A DNA stretch of 64,000 bases, taken from the NCBI GenBank assembly GCA_965249115.1, contig CBDFLI010000002.1, positions 1,561,859 through 1,625,858 on the forward strand, given 5' to 3'. The position numbers and the translations under genes were made by a program. Positions 55,289 through 64,000 of this stretch are shown piece after piece. Below the pieces are notes generated by a model. It saw only the letters and a list, made by a program, of their open reading frames with translations. It did no database searches and was not told where the DNA came from. Within the stretch, counting starts at the first letter, position 1. The number at the start of each line of letters is the position of its first letter. The stretch is from Dehalococcoidia bacterium. GTDB lineage: Bacteria > Chloroflexota > Dehalococcoidia > Lucifugimonadales > QGNO01.

Positions 55289-56475
55289 CCTCAACCAGAC
55301 CATTACCAGATGAACGGGGCCGCTTCGGCGACTACGGGGGAAGGTTCGTCCCGGAGACGTTGATGCCGGCGCTGGCGGAGCTGGAAGAAGCATATCGCGA
55401 GGCGAGCCAGGACACGGGATTCCAGGAGGAGCTTGCGACCCTGTTGAAGGAGTACGCGGGCCGTCCCACACCCCTTTATCACGCCGCCAACCTGAGCCGC
55501 CAACTGGGCGGTGCGCAGATATATCTGAAACGGGAAGACCTGGCCCACACCGGTGCCCACAAGATCAACAACGCCCTGGGGCAGGGGTTGCTGGCCAAAC
55601 GCATGGGCAAGAAGCGGGTCATCGCGGAGACGGGCGCCGGGCAGCACGGCGTGGCCGCCGCCACCGTGTGCGCCATGCTGGGGATGGAGTGCATTGTTTA
55701 CATGGGTGAAGAGGACATGCGTCGCCAGGAACCCAACGTGTTCCGCATGCGACTGCTGGGAGCGGAGGTGCGCCCGGTCGCCAGCGGCACCAGGACGTTG
55801 AAAGACGCCATCAACGAGACCATCCGGGACTGGGTCACCAACGTTGAGACCACCTACTACCTGCTGGGAAGCGCCGTGGGCCCTCATCCGTACCCAAAGA
55901 TAGTGCGGGACTTTCAGTCGGTCATAGGCCTGGAGGCCCGGGGCCAGGTACTGGACGCGCTGGGCCGCTTGCCCGACTACGCCGTGGCCTGCGTGGGCGG
56001 TGGCAGCAACGCCATCGGTCTTTTTTACGCCTTCGTCAGCAACGAAGGCGTAAAGCTGATCGGAGTGGAGGCGGGAGGAGAAGGTGTGGACACCGGCAGA
56101 CACGCGGCAACGCTGGCTACAGGAAGGCCGGGGGTCCTCCACGGCTCCTTCTCTTATCTCCTGCAAGACCAGGACGGCCAGATAGTTGAGACCCACAGCA
56201 TTTCGGCAGGACTGGACTACCCGGGCGTAGGCCCTGAGCACGCCTACCTCAAGGACATCCAACGCGCTACCTACGTGGCGGTAACGGATACCGAGGCGAT
56301 GGAGGGATTCCGCCTCCTGTCCAGTACCGAGGGCATAATTCCCGCCCTGGAACCCGCTCATGCCATAGCCTACGTGGCAGAACTTGCGCCTACGCTCAAA
56401 TCGGATGCCATTGTCCTGGTGTGCCTCAGCGGCCGTGGGGACAAGGACCTGCAAACGATCCAGGAAGCGACGTAG
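55285..56475 (+). CDS. trpB: Tryptophan synthase beta chain (canonical TrpB1)
   Basis: The sequences [24 protein letters not shown] (PLP lysine) and [10 protein letters not shown] are present. Confidence 0.9.
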   Translation: MTSTRPLPDERGRFGDYGGRFVPETLMPALAELEEAYREASQDTGFQEELATLLKEYAGRPTPLYHAANLSRQLGGAQIYLKREDLAHTGAHKINNALGQGLLAKRMGKKRVIAETGAGQHGVAAATVCAMLGMECIVYMGEEDMRRQEPNVFRMRLLGAEVRPVASGTRTLKDAINETIRDWVTNVETTYYLLGSAVGPHPYPKIVRDFQSVIGLEARGQVLDALGRLPDYAVACVGGGSNAIGLFYAFVSNEGVKLIGVEAGGEGVDTGRHAATLATGRPGVLHGSFSYLLQDQDGQIVETHSISAGLDYPGVGPEHAYLKDIQRATYVAVTDTEAMEGFRLLSSTEGIIPALEPAHAIAYVAELAPTLKSDAIVLVCLSGRGDKDLQTIQEAT

Positions 56476-56546
56476 CCGTTCACGTCACAGTGCATACGGA
56501 CCGGTTATCAACTGGGAAGCTGCCTGCGACGCCATTAAACCACAAA

Positions 56547-56567
56547 GGGGCAGCCTATGGCTGCCCC
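56547..56567. terminator. Hairpin between convergent trpB and the HTH gene
   Basis: GGGGCAGCC-tat-GGCTGCCCC forms a perfect 9-bp stem. The T-rich flank is on the minus-strand side only. Confidence 0.5.
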
Positions 56568-56593
56568 TAGCCTCATTTGGACGTTGCTTGATA

Positions 56594-56809
56594 CTAAATC
56601 ATCTCAGAGGTTGACTGTTCCAAGAACTTCACCAGGTCCTGTATGAGAAAGCGGCGGTCCTGCCGGCTCCCAATCCTGTAACTGGGGATGAGCCCTACAC
56701 TGCTCCACTTCCGCAGCGTATTTGGGTGGACGTGGAGCATTCGAGCAGCTTCGCCCACGCGTAACATCCCTGGCATCGCCACCTTACGGACCTGTTGCTC
56801 TATCATCAA
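56594..56809 (-). CDS. Excisionase/MerR-type helix-turn-helix DNA-binding protein
   Basis: LRVGEAARMLHVHPNTLRKWSSVGLIPSYRIGSRQDRRF is typical of the HTH_17/excisionase family. Confidence 0.7.
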   Translation of the reverse strand: MMIEQQVRKVAMPGMLRVGEAARMLHVHPNTLRKWSSVGLIPSYRIGSRQDRRFLIQDLVKFLEQSTSEMI

Positions 56810-57085
56810 ACCACCCCTCCGAATAACTGTATTTCAGTTCACCTTACTTAACAGAATGCGCCAACTGAGACGGCAAAGGAATCCTCCAGAAGAGGGATTT
56901 TGCGGCAGGTTATCACAGGGAAAGTCACTCAGACGGGCTAGTCAGCCCATTTTTCGTGAGCCTATATGGCCACTCGGTAAGATATGGTCAGTCAGGGCCT
57001 TTCAGCCAAACCAAATGACGGCCGCATGTTATTTAACAAGCCCCTGTAACGGTTACTATGTCCAGCCGTGGCCGAACATACCCAC

Positions 57086-57532
57086 CTATGGGAGCTCCAC
57101 TGTCGCACTCCCGGGTGTCGTCTTTTCACCCTTGCCGTTCTCCAGCCAGATGTCACAGTCCACCAGGCGTCTACCGCCGTCCTGGTACTTGCGCGTGACA
57201 ACCCCTTTACAGGTCAGGGTATCGTCCGGAAAGTCCATGGCCCTGTACTGGCACGCCATCTTCCTCAGAGTACCGGACTCGCCTATCCAGTCGGTGAGCA
57301 TCTGGCCGAGAAAAGCGTTCTTCAGTGCGCCATGGATGATCACTCCGGGGAGGCCTTTTTCCAAGGCAAACGCATGGTCGTAATGGATCTGATAGAAGTC
57401 CCCCGACGCCCCCGCATACTTGACCAGCATCTGGGTATTGGGAAGCTTCACCAGGGACGGGACCTCCATCCCCTCTTGTATGTCTTCCCAAGACAGTCTC
57501 GCGCTCACGCTATGCTCCTTGTATGACACCAA
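57086..57532 (-). CDS. MaoC-like (R)-hydratase/dehydratase hotdog subunit
   Basis: YAGASGDFYQIHYDHAFA...GVIIHG matches the MaoC dehydratase motif. Confidence 0.75.
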   Translation of the reverse strand: MVSYKEHSVSARLSWEDIQEGMEVPSLVKLPNTQMLVKYAGASGDFYQIHYDHAFALEKGLPGVIIHGALKNAFLGQMLTDWIGESGTLRKMACQYRAMDFPDDTLTCKGVVTRKYQDGGRRLVDCDIWLENGKGEKTTPGSATVELP

Positions 57533-57539
57533 CGACCCT

Positions 57540-57995
57540 CTAGTAGGTGATGAGGGTAGAACGCTGAAGGGCCACCGTTTTATTCGACTGGTTGACGTAC
57601 CGGATCTCGCGGGTAATGAAAATCATTGGGCCCATTCTACCGGAGCGTTCCACAACGTCCACCACTTTCTCCGTCACTGTGATGTGGTCATCCACCAGTA
57701 CCGGCTCAATGTACTCCCATTCGCTCCCGCCATCCAGGACGTGGTTCAACAGGCCCTCTCCACTAACACCGAAGGTATTTGGACGCATGGAACGCAGGAA
57801 TGTGGGAGGGGCAAGAATGCGGCCATAGCGAGAACCGGTCGCGTGGGTATCGTCGTGATAGAGGGGGTTGTCGTCATCAATGGCGTCGGCAAACCGGGCA
57901 ACGGCGCCGCACTCCACGGTGTAGGTCACAGGGCTGGACTCAACGCCGATGGACTTCTTCAACTTCTCTATGGTGGTCCTGCCTCTAGTGGGCAC
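57540..57995 (-). CDS. MaoC N-terminal-type hotdog subunit
   Basis: FADAIDDDNPLYHDD...APPTF is present. It is adjacent to the MaoC subunit, which suggests a heterodimeric dehydratase arrangement. Confidence 0.7.
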   Translation of the reverse strand: MPTRGRTTIEKLKKSIGVESSPVTYTVECGAVARFADAIDDDNPLYHDDTHATGSRYGRILAPPTFLRSMRPNTFGVSGEGLLNHVLDGGSEWEYIEPVLVDDHITVTEKVVDVVERSGRMGPMIFITREIRYVNQSNKTVALQRSTLITY

Positions 57996-58123
57996 ACAGC
58001 CTCCTCAATCGCAAGGACGTAGCGACGACGGAAAGACAAAGAACGCCGGACTGGGAGACACCGTTGGAAGGTCCGGCCCCGTCGGGAGACATTGCAGGAC
58101 GTTGAGCTAGAACCCAGGCCGGG

Positions 58124-58672
58124 TCAACCTGACGCCAACGCCTCCGCTTCACGAAGCGGCGCCAGCTTCTCGTCTCGCATCTCCCACCAGTAGTCACGGG
58201 TCAAGTCCATCAGTACCATGTCCCGACCGAAACGGTGTACCGCTCGCACTGGAGAGAAACCGCACTTCTTGAAGGAACGCTGTGCCCTGATGTTCCAGTC
58301 CAAGGTGTGAAGGTAAAGGCGCCGCAACTCCGCATCTTGAAATATGTGGTCAACCAACCCCACCATGGTGTGGTAGCCATAGCTTTGACTCCAGTAGTCG
58401 CGGTTGCCTATCATGATCCCCAACTCCGCCTCTCCGTGGGTGGAGTTGATTTCATAGCACATACAGTTGCCGATATGTTTACCGTCCAGGGTGTCTATTG
58501 CATACCGGACCGACCACGGGGACGGAAACCGTAGCTCATCTTCATAAATGCGAATAAACTGACTGAACTCCTGCTTCAATGGAGACGCAGCATCCAGGGT
58601 GGCCAGCTCTTCATCACACCGCCAGGCATAGTCGTCCGGGGCGTCTTCCAGGCGTTTGGGGCGCAGGGTCAC
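58124..58672 (-). CDS. GNAT N-acetyltransferase (RimJ/RimL-like)
   Basis: 182 aa. ...GEAELGIMIGNRDYWSQSYG...RRLYLHTLDWNIRAQRSFKKCGF matches the family. Confidence 0.75.
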   Translation of the reverse strand: MTLRPKRLEDAPDDYAWRCDEELATLDAASPLKQEFSQFIRIYEDELRFPSPWSVRYAIDTLDGKHIGNCMCYEINSTHGEAELGIMIGNRDYWSQSYGYHTMVGLVDHIFQDAELRRLYLHTLDWNIRAQRSFKKCGFSPVRAVHRFGRDMVLMDLTRDYWWEMRDEKLAPLREAEALASG

Positions 58673-58704
58673 CTTTCCCGCACGGATAACGGAAGCCCTA
58701 ATAT

Positions 58705-59154
58705 CTATGCGGCCTCCGAGCGGGCCATCTCAAGGGCCTTTTTCACCAGATTGATCTCGTCCCGATATGTCATCGTATTCAGAACGGTATCCTCGGGATA
58801 CCACCGCACCTCGTCAAACTCCGGATCGTGACGGGAAAAGTCACCGCACGTGGGCACCATCAAATAAAAATAAACCTTCTTATGGTATCGGGTGCCAATT
58901 TGCCGACCACTGAACCAGTACTCGATATTTCCCAGTGAGGCCTGGATATCCACATCCAGGCCTGTTTCCTCCCTGACTTCCCGGAGTGCCGTTTGTTCCA
59001 GGCTCTCTCCCTCTTCCGGGGTCCCTTTAGGAAGAGCCCATAGTAGAGGCGACCTGACACCGCAGAGCACGATCTCCAGTTGGTCGTTTAACTTCCGGTA
59101 AACCACACCTCCTGCGGAAACCAGGTCCTCTACATTCCCTCTTCTTCGCATCAA
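58705..59154 (-). CDS. NUDIX hydrolase
   Basis: The Nudix box GTPEEGESLEQTALREVREETGL is present. Confidence 0.85.
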   Translation of the reverse strand: MMRRRGNVEDLVSAGGVVYRKLNDQLEIVLCGVRSPLLWALPKGTPEEGESLEQTALREVREETGLDVDIQASLGNIEYWFSGRQIGTRYHKKVYFYLMVPTCGDFSRHDPEFDEVRWYPEDTVLNTMTYRDEINLVKKALEMARSEAA

Positions 59155-59247
59155 ACTCCTAAAGTATCACTCATTTTATGTACGACAAATACCAGCGTCA
59201 AGGAATGGCACCAGCATGACTATGCTATTGTACGGACGTTGTGGGGG

Positions 59248-59276
59248 TTGACATGGCTCCAGCTAGTGGAATAATC
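59248..59276 (+). promoter_or_regulatory. Possible sigma70-type promoter
   Basis: TTGACA (59248-59253), a 17-nt spacer, then ATAATC (59271-59276). A (TA)6 run at 59340-59352 lies in the leader. Confidence 0.35.
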
Positions 59277-59382
59277 CCCTTAGAGAATGCAGCGTATCAT
59301 ACCGGTCTAATATGCCGGGCTGGAGCAACCGTCTCTCACATATATATATATAACTGACACACGATTAGCAAGGAGTTTTCCA

Positions 59383-60717
59383 ATGCAAGATCTATTAGCG
59401 GGCCTGCGTATTTTGGACTGCACGACTGCGGTGGCCATGCCTACTGCCATGCATCTTATGTCCGACATGGGCGCCGAGATCATTAAGGTGGAGAGCCACA
59501 CGTTGAACAGGGACGAGATGGGACCCTACGTGGATAACGACCCCGGCGAGGAGTCCTGGAACAATGATGCCACTTTCCTTAGCCTTCATCGCGGGAAGCG
59601 CAGCCTGACGCTGAACTTCAAGGCCCCCGAATCCATCAAGGCCTTCAAAGAGTTGATAAAAGTCACCGACGTGATGGTGGAAAACAACCGCGCGGGCACA
59701 ATGGACAGGCTGGGGCTGGGCTACCAGGAGTTGAAGAAGGAGAACCCAGCCCTTATTTACTTCTCCAACACAGGGTTCGGCCACACCGGCCCGTGGAAAC
59801 GGTACGCCGGCATAGGCAGCATGCTAGAACTGATCTGCGGCCTCACCCAGTTTACGGGCTACAAGGATGGCACGCATCACCGCGTAGGAGCCGCCTGGTT
59901 CGACATACATGTGGCGTGGATGGCCATATTCGCGATCCTGTCCGCTCTGGAGTACCGTGACGAGACGGGCAAAGGCCAGTGGGTTGACTTCGCCATGTAC
60001 CAGATCGGCGTGGCCACCATTGGAGACGCCATCCTGGACTACACTGTGAACGGTCGCAATCCAAAGGTGATGGGCAACCGCCACACCTCTCACGCGCCCC
60101 ACGGCGTCTATCCTTGCAAGGGCGATGACAAGTGGGTAGTCCTCTCCGTTGAGAACGACCAGCAATGGCATGCGCTGCGCCAGGTCATGGGTCATCCTTC
60201 ATGGTCGGACGATCCCAAATTCGGCGACCCTCTCTCCCGCTTTCACCACCAGGACGAAATGGACAAACTTCTGGGTGAGTGGACCAAGGAGCTTGAGCAC
60301 AACCAACTGATGCAGACTCTCCAAGAGAACGGCATTCCCGCCGCTGCCGTAATGAACACCAGGGAGCTGATGACAGACCCCCACATGGTGGCCCGTAACT
60401 TCTATGAGCGTTTCAGGCACTCACCTGAAACCGGGATTGGCACCCGCGCCTACGTGAGCCGCCCCTGGAAGATGTCCAAGACGCCGGCCTTCATTCACCG
60501 GCCTGCCCCTGATCTGGGCGAAGCCAACGAGTACGTTATGGACGAACTGCTGGGCTGGAGCGAGGAGGACATAGCCAGGCTTTACGAGCTGGACGTTATG
60601 GCCAAGGCGCCAGCAAACCAGGGCACGCGCAAGCCCATGGACCTGGAGAGCCAGCTCCAAAAAGGCATCTTTGCTGAGATAGACCCTGACTACAAAAAGC
60701 ACCTGGGGTACAAATAG
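59383..60717 (+). CDS. Family III CoA-transferase (CaiB/BaiF)
   Basis: LAGLRILDCTTAVAMPTAMHLMSDMGAEIIKVE at the N-terminus and the overall length are typical. Confidence 0.85.
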   Translation: MQDLLAGLRILDCTTAVAMPTAMHLMSDMGAEIIKVESHTLNRDEMGPYVDNDPGEESWNNDATFLSLHRGKRSLTLNFKAPESIKAFKELIKVTDVMVENNRAGTMDRLGLGYQELKKENPALIYFSNTGFGHTGPWKRYAGIGSMLELICGLTQFTGYKDGTHHRVGAAWFDIHVAWMAIFAILSALEYRDETGKGQWVDFAMYQIGVATIGDAILDYTVNGRNPKVMGNRHTSHAPHGVYPCKGDDKWVVLSVENDQQWHALRQVMGHPSWSDDPKFGDPLSRFHHQDEMDKLLGEWTKELEHNQLMQTLQENGIPAAAVMNTRELMTDPHMVARNFYERFRHSPETGIGTRAYVSRPWKMSKTPAFIHRPAPDLGEANEYVMDELLGWSEEDIARLYELDVMAKAPANQGTRKPMDLESQLQKGIFAEIDPDYKKHLGYK

Positions 60718-60719
60718 AT

Positions 60720-61940
60720 ATGGTTACATCCGCACTGGGCAAATACCGCATCATAGACCTGAGCACTGATATTGCCGGGCCCTTCGCCACCAAGCTGTTC
60801 GCCGACTATGGCGCAGACGTGGTTAAGGTGGAGTCCCCCAGCGCCGGAGACCCCACCCGCTGGGTGGGTCCCTTCCATCACGACGACCCTCACCCGGAAA
60901 AGAGCCTGCTGTTCTTCTATCTGAACTGCAATAAGCGCAGCGTTACCCTGGACATCTCCACCCCCCGAGGCAAAAAAGCTCTGCTGGACCTGATCAAAGA
61001 TGCTGACGTCCTCATTGAAAACTATGCGCCGGGGCATATGGCCGAGATGGGACTTGGGTATGAAGACCTGGAAAAGACCAATCCTGGCCTGGTTGTAACG
61101 TCCATAGCCCCTTTTGGGCAGACCGGGCCGTACAGTGGCTACCTGGGAAACGACCTCATCTATCAAGCGGCCGGTGGCATGATGTACACCAGCGGCGCCT
61201 TTGACCGCGAACCACTGAAACATGGTCATCCCCAGAGCTACTATTTCGGTGGGATAAACGCCGCCTTTGCTACTATGGCTGCACTGTGGGGAAGAAAGGC
61301 CTCTGGGCAGGGCCAGCACGTGGACTTCTCCATGACGGAGGCGGCGGCGGTACACCACTACCAACCGGTGATCAAATACTCCTTCATGGGCACCGTTGAC
61401 AGGCGGGCACCGGAAGACGACGCGGAACACATGAAGGGGACGGGTTTTCAGGGCATCGTCCCTACGAAAGACGGGTACGTCGGCCCGACATTACGTCCGC
61501 CTCGCCGGGCATTGAGCGGGGCCGAGGCATGGACGGAATACGCAAAGATCATCGGCCGACCCGACATTGGCGAGGCGTTGGGCCAGGCGAAGACGGCCCA
61601 CGAGCGCAACGATATCCTGATGCCCGTACTGAAGGAGACGGGCAAGTTTGACTACTACCATGCCATCATGTCCAACGAGTGGCTTGCAGGGGTGGTCCAG
61701 ACCTCGGAAGACCTGGTCAACTGCCCTCAGTTGGAGGAGCGTGGCTTCTTTGTTGAGGTGGAGCACCCGGTGATGGGCACGCTAAAAATGCCCGGGGAAC
61801 TGGTCCGTATGCCCGAGTCTCCCTGGAGCCTGCGGTTTCCCGCGCCGCTCCTTGGGCAGCACAACGCTGCGGTCTATTGCGGGGAACTGGGTTACTCAAA
61901 GGAAGACCTGGTGATGCTCAGACAACAGGGAATAATCTGA
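60720..61940 (+). CDS. Family III CoA-transferase (CaiB/BaiF), paralog
   Basis: YRIIDLSTDIAGPFATKLFADYGADVVKVE is present. The gene starts 3 nt after the upstream stop. Confidence 0.85.
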   Translation: MVTSALGKYRIIDLSTDIAGPFATKLFADYGADVVKVESPSAGDPTRWVGPFHHDDPHPEKSLLFFYLNCNKRSVTLDISTPRGKKALLDLIKDADVLIENYAPGHMAEMGLGYEDLEKTNPGLVVTSIAPFGQTGPYSGYLGNDLIYQAAGGMMYTSGAFDREPLKHGHPQSYYFGGINAAFATMAALWGRKASGQGQHVDFSMTEAAAVHHYQPVIKYSFMGTVDRRAPEDDAEHMKGTGFQGIVPTKDGYVGPTLRPPRRALSGAEAWTEYAKIIGRPDIGEALGQAKTAHERNDILMPVLKETGKFDYYHAIMSNEWLAGVVQTSEDLVNCPQLEERGFFVEVEHPVMGTLKMPGELVRMPESPWSLRFPAPLLGQHNAAVYCGELGYSKEDLVMLRQQGII

Positions 61941-61987
61941 AAAGCGGTCCCCCGTCTGGACAGTTGCGGCAAGAATAACGCTGCGCT

Positions 61988-62911
61988 TTAGGCCTGGAAC
62001 TTGAAGCCCGCAGGGTCTTCTTCCATTTCCATCTGTTCAAGAGCCGCCTCAGCGGCTTCCTCCAGAGCGTCATCGTCGGACTTCAGGCACCTCAGAATCG
62101 CACGTTTGGCCAGTGGACCGCCAATGGCGCCTAACGCCTGAATGGCCGCTACCTGGACTTGTGTATCATCGTCCTGGATCAAGGGAACTAGGTACGGGAC
62201 CGCATCCTCCTCACCCATCTCGGCACATGCCGTAGCCGCCTCGTAACGCATGGCAGGGTCGCTGCTCTCCGTCTCCTTGATCAGGGTAGAAAGCCAGACG
62301 GAGTCCCCCGTACGTCCCATAGCATAAAGCGCGCTCACTCGCAGCTTGGGCTCCTCACTACTGTACGCCCACCGGATTAGCTCACTGATGCGCTTGGTGT
62401 CAAAGCATGCCGCCGCCTCCAAGGCCCGCCGCCGTACCTCCGTGCTCTCCTCCTGGAGGTCAAGCACATGGAGAAGGACGTCCTTGATCCGTTCTCCATC
62501 TCTAATCAACAGCTTCTCTTGTTGGGCCAGGGCGCCGAACTTTCCCAGGACCATTGCCGCCGAAGCCCGCACCTGTTCGTCGGGATCATCCTTCAGCAAG
62601 TTTATCAAAGGGGTCACCAGGTTCCGGTCATCACATTCCCAGAGGCCTGACACCGCTCTTGCCCGCACGTTGGGATCATCATCAACAAGACAGTGCTTGA
62701 AGATGGTGTAGTAGTCCAGTTCAACATTGTCTTCAGCGACGCTGACCATGCGGTCCATGAGGGCGCGGCGGCGCTCTACTGGAATCTCCGACCACAGGTC
62801 CCGGAACAGCCCAAACTCCAACTGGTTCAGACCTGACAGCTGCACCAGTTCCGCGTGGCTGGGCGTCCCATCACCCTGGGCCAGGTCTTGAAGATAGCGT
62901 TCCAAAGTCAC
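61988..62911 (-). CDS. HEAT-repeat (PBS-lyase-like) protein
   Basis: Repeated DPxVRxxAxxALG-type helical units occur across 307 aa. Confidence 0.75.
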   Translation of the reverse strand: MTLERYLQDLAQGDGTPSHAELVQLSGLNQLEFGLFRDLWSEIPVERRRALMDRMVSVAEDNVELDYYTIFKHCLVDDDPNVRARAVSGLWECDDRNLVTPLINLLKDDPDEQVRASAAMVLGKFGALAQQEKLLIRDGERIKDVLLHVLDLQEESTEVRRRALEAAACFDTKRISELIRWAYSSEEPKLRVSALYAMGRTGDSVWLSTLIKETESSDPAMRYEAATACAEMGEEDAVPYLVPLIQDDDTQVQVAAIQALGAIGGPLAKRAILRCLKSDDDALEEAAEAALEQMEMEEDPAGFKFQA

Positions 62912-62925
62912 GAAGTTCTACCTAT

Positions 62926-64000
62926 CTACTTCTTGGCTGAAACGGAAACGCCTTTGCAATACAAAGCCGGAGTCTTGAGATGTCCTCCGAGCCAACGTGC
63001 CTCATCTCCTATGGCGACAAGGTTGTTCAGGACATCATACACATTCCCGGAGATCGTGGTGTCTTTAATACGCCCCACTAATTTGCCGTTTTTCACCAAA
63101 TATCCCAACAGGACATTGGCGTTAAACTCTCCGGCCAGCACGTTGCCTTGACCGGCCCCCAGGAGCTGCTCCACGACAATGCCCTCCCGGATGTCCTTAA
63201 CCATATCATCAAAGGCGACGTTGCCTCCATCAATAACTAGGACGCTGGAAGAGGGTGACGGAAGAGTTGCCAGAGAGCGGGAGGCGCTCCCCGTGGTCTC
63301 CGTCCCGGCCTGGCCGGCGGTCTGCAAGTCGTAGAGAAAAGTGGTGGCGACACCCCTTTCGATTAGTGCTTTACGGCGGCTGGGGACCCCTTCGTCGTCG
63401 GCCTTACCGCTACCGGGGATGTACTGAAGGGTCGGGTCGTCCCAAAGAGAAAAGGTCTCGCTCACAACGCGCTCCCCCAGGCGATCAATTAGCGGTGACG
63501 CGCCTTGCAGTACCGTCCGCCCGTTGAAGCCTGACAGCAGGGGACCCAGCAATGTCCCGGCAACGCCGTGAGGGGTAAATATGACCGGTAAGGAACCGGA
63601 GACCGACGGCGTAGTAGTCCTGGCACGGGCCAGTTGAATGGCCACGGAATCTCGAATGGCACTGGTATCAGTGACGGGACGGCATGAGCTTTCCCAGTCG
63701 CCGATGAAAAGCATGTCCTCACCCTGCACCAGGGTACCGTGAAGAGAGACGCCAAAGTTGCTGGAGGTATATGAAACGGCCCCGCCACGGGAGTTGACTA
63801 TGCTCTGAGCGCCTATGGCCTTTCCCACGCGACCGTCCCACTGTACGTCGGGATGATCGGCCAAGACAGTGTCTATGAGGTCCTGGCCCAGGCCCACCAT
63901 CTCATCCTCAGTAGTGGTTTCAACCCTGGCGTCATACACTTCCACCGAGGGGTAGTCTGACTTGGACGGAAATTCAAGGCGGGCTTCAGCGCCGAAGGGC
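62926..64000 (-). CDS. TldD/PmbA family metalloprotease (5-prime partial, frame open to window end)
   Basis: A Gly-rich C-terminal domain (GASPL..., GNVYDVLNNLVAIGD) is present. The frame upstream of the GTG at 63945 stays open to nt 64000. Confidence 0.7.
   Translation of the reverse strand, partial: PFGAEARLEFPSKSDYPSVEVYDARVETTTEDEMVGLGQDLIDTVLADHPDVQWDGRVGKAIGAQSIVNSRGGAVSYTSSNFGVSLHGTLVQGEDMLFIGDWESSCRPVTDTSAIRDSVAIQLARARTTTPSVSGSLPVIFTPHGVAGTLLGPLLSGFNGRTVLQGASPLIDRLGERVVSETFSLWDDPTLQYIPGSGKADDEGVPSRRKALIERGVATTFLYDLQTAGQAGTETTGSASRSLATLPSPSSSVLVIDGGNVAFDDMVKDIREGIVVEQLLGAGQGNVLAGEFNANVLLGYLVKNGKLVGRIKDTTISGNVYDVLNNLVAIGDEARWLGGHLKTPALYCKGVSVSAKK

Noticed and set aside
56594-56809. The excisionase-type HTH gene taken as evidence for an integrated element downstream of trpB.
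   Set aside because: No integrase, att repeats or phage/ICE genes follow. The neighbouring genes are ordinary metabolic genes of typical composition.
59340-59352. The (TA)6 dinucleotide run in the leader of the CoA-transferase genes, considered as a phase-variation tract.
   Set aside because: Six units is short, it lies outside the promoter spacer and the coding sequence, and nothing in a single sequence shows length variation.

Overview
This is a 64-kb bacterial chromosomal segment. Most of it is G+C-rich (about 38/60 in sampled lines), with a few clearly AT-richer patches. The gene content is a T-box leader, a long-form TrpB2, three amidase-signature paralogs, amidohydrolases, an LLM-class oxidoreductase, two family III CoA-transferases and several MFS transporters. 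This looks like a Chloroflexota-type (SAR202-like) heterotroph, but that is inference only.

Main blocks:
- (a) 1-6.3 kb: GNAT, a frameshifted amidase, a DUF4392 protein, an NHL propeller, a GrdB-family selenoprotein with an in-frame UGA, and an LLM oxidoreductase.
- (b) 6.4-13.4 kb: an AT-richer, same-strand cluster of six unassignable genes ending at tRNA-Pro(CGG). One gene is split by an IS3 element and one by a 172-bp MITE.
- (c) 13.8-19.3 kb: a paralogous membrane-protein pair, small redox proteins, and a class III nucleotidyl cyclase gene destroyed by a second IS3 element plus a 5-bp tandem duplication.
- (d) 19.3-38.6 kb: an amide/N-compound catabolism-like gene set (amidases, amidohydrolases, phosphotriesterase-like, DUF1028, an AtzE/AtzG-like pair, aminotransferase, methyltransferase, MFS).
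- (e) 41.1-44.1 kb: a Trp T-box leader driving trpB2-trpS.
- (f) 48.8-56.5 kb: a trpE-G-D-C-F-B operon with no trpA. It is interrupted at gene junctions by four toxin-antitoxin modules or remnants, which are flanked by reiterated copies of the trpG 3-prime tail.
- (g) 56.6-64 kb: hotdog dehydratase pair, GNAT, NUDIX, two CoA-transferases, a HEAT-repeat protein and a partial TldD/PmbA.

The best candidate for something new is the low-GC six-gene cluster (HEPN-like R-x4-H protein, NDT/SLOG-like protein, C2H2 zinc-finger protein, HTH/AT-hook protein). Its novelty cannot be established without database searches.
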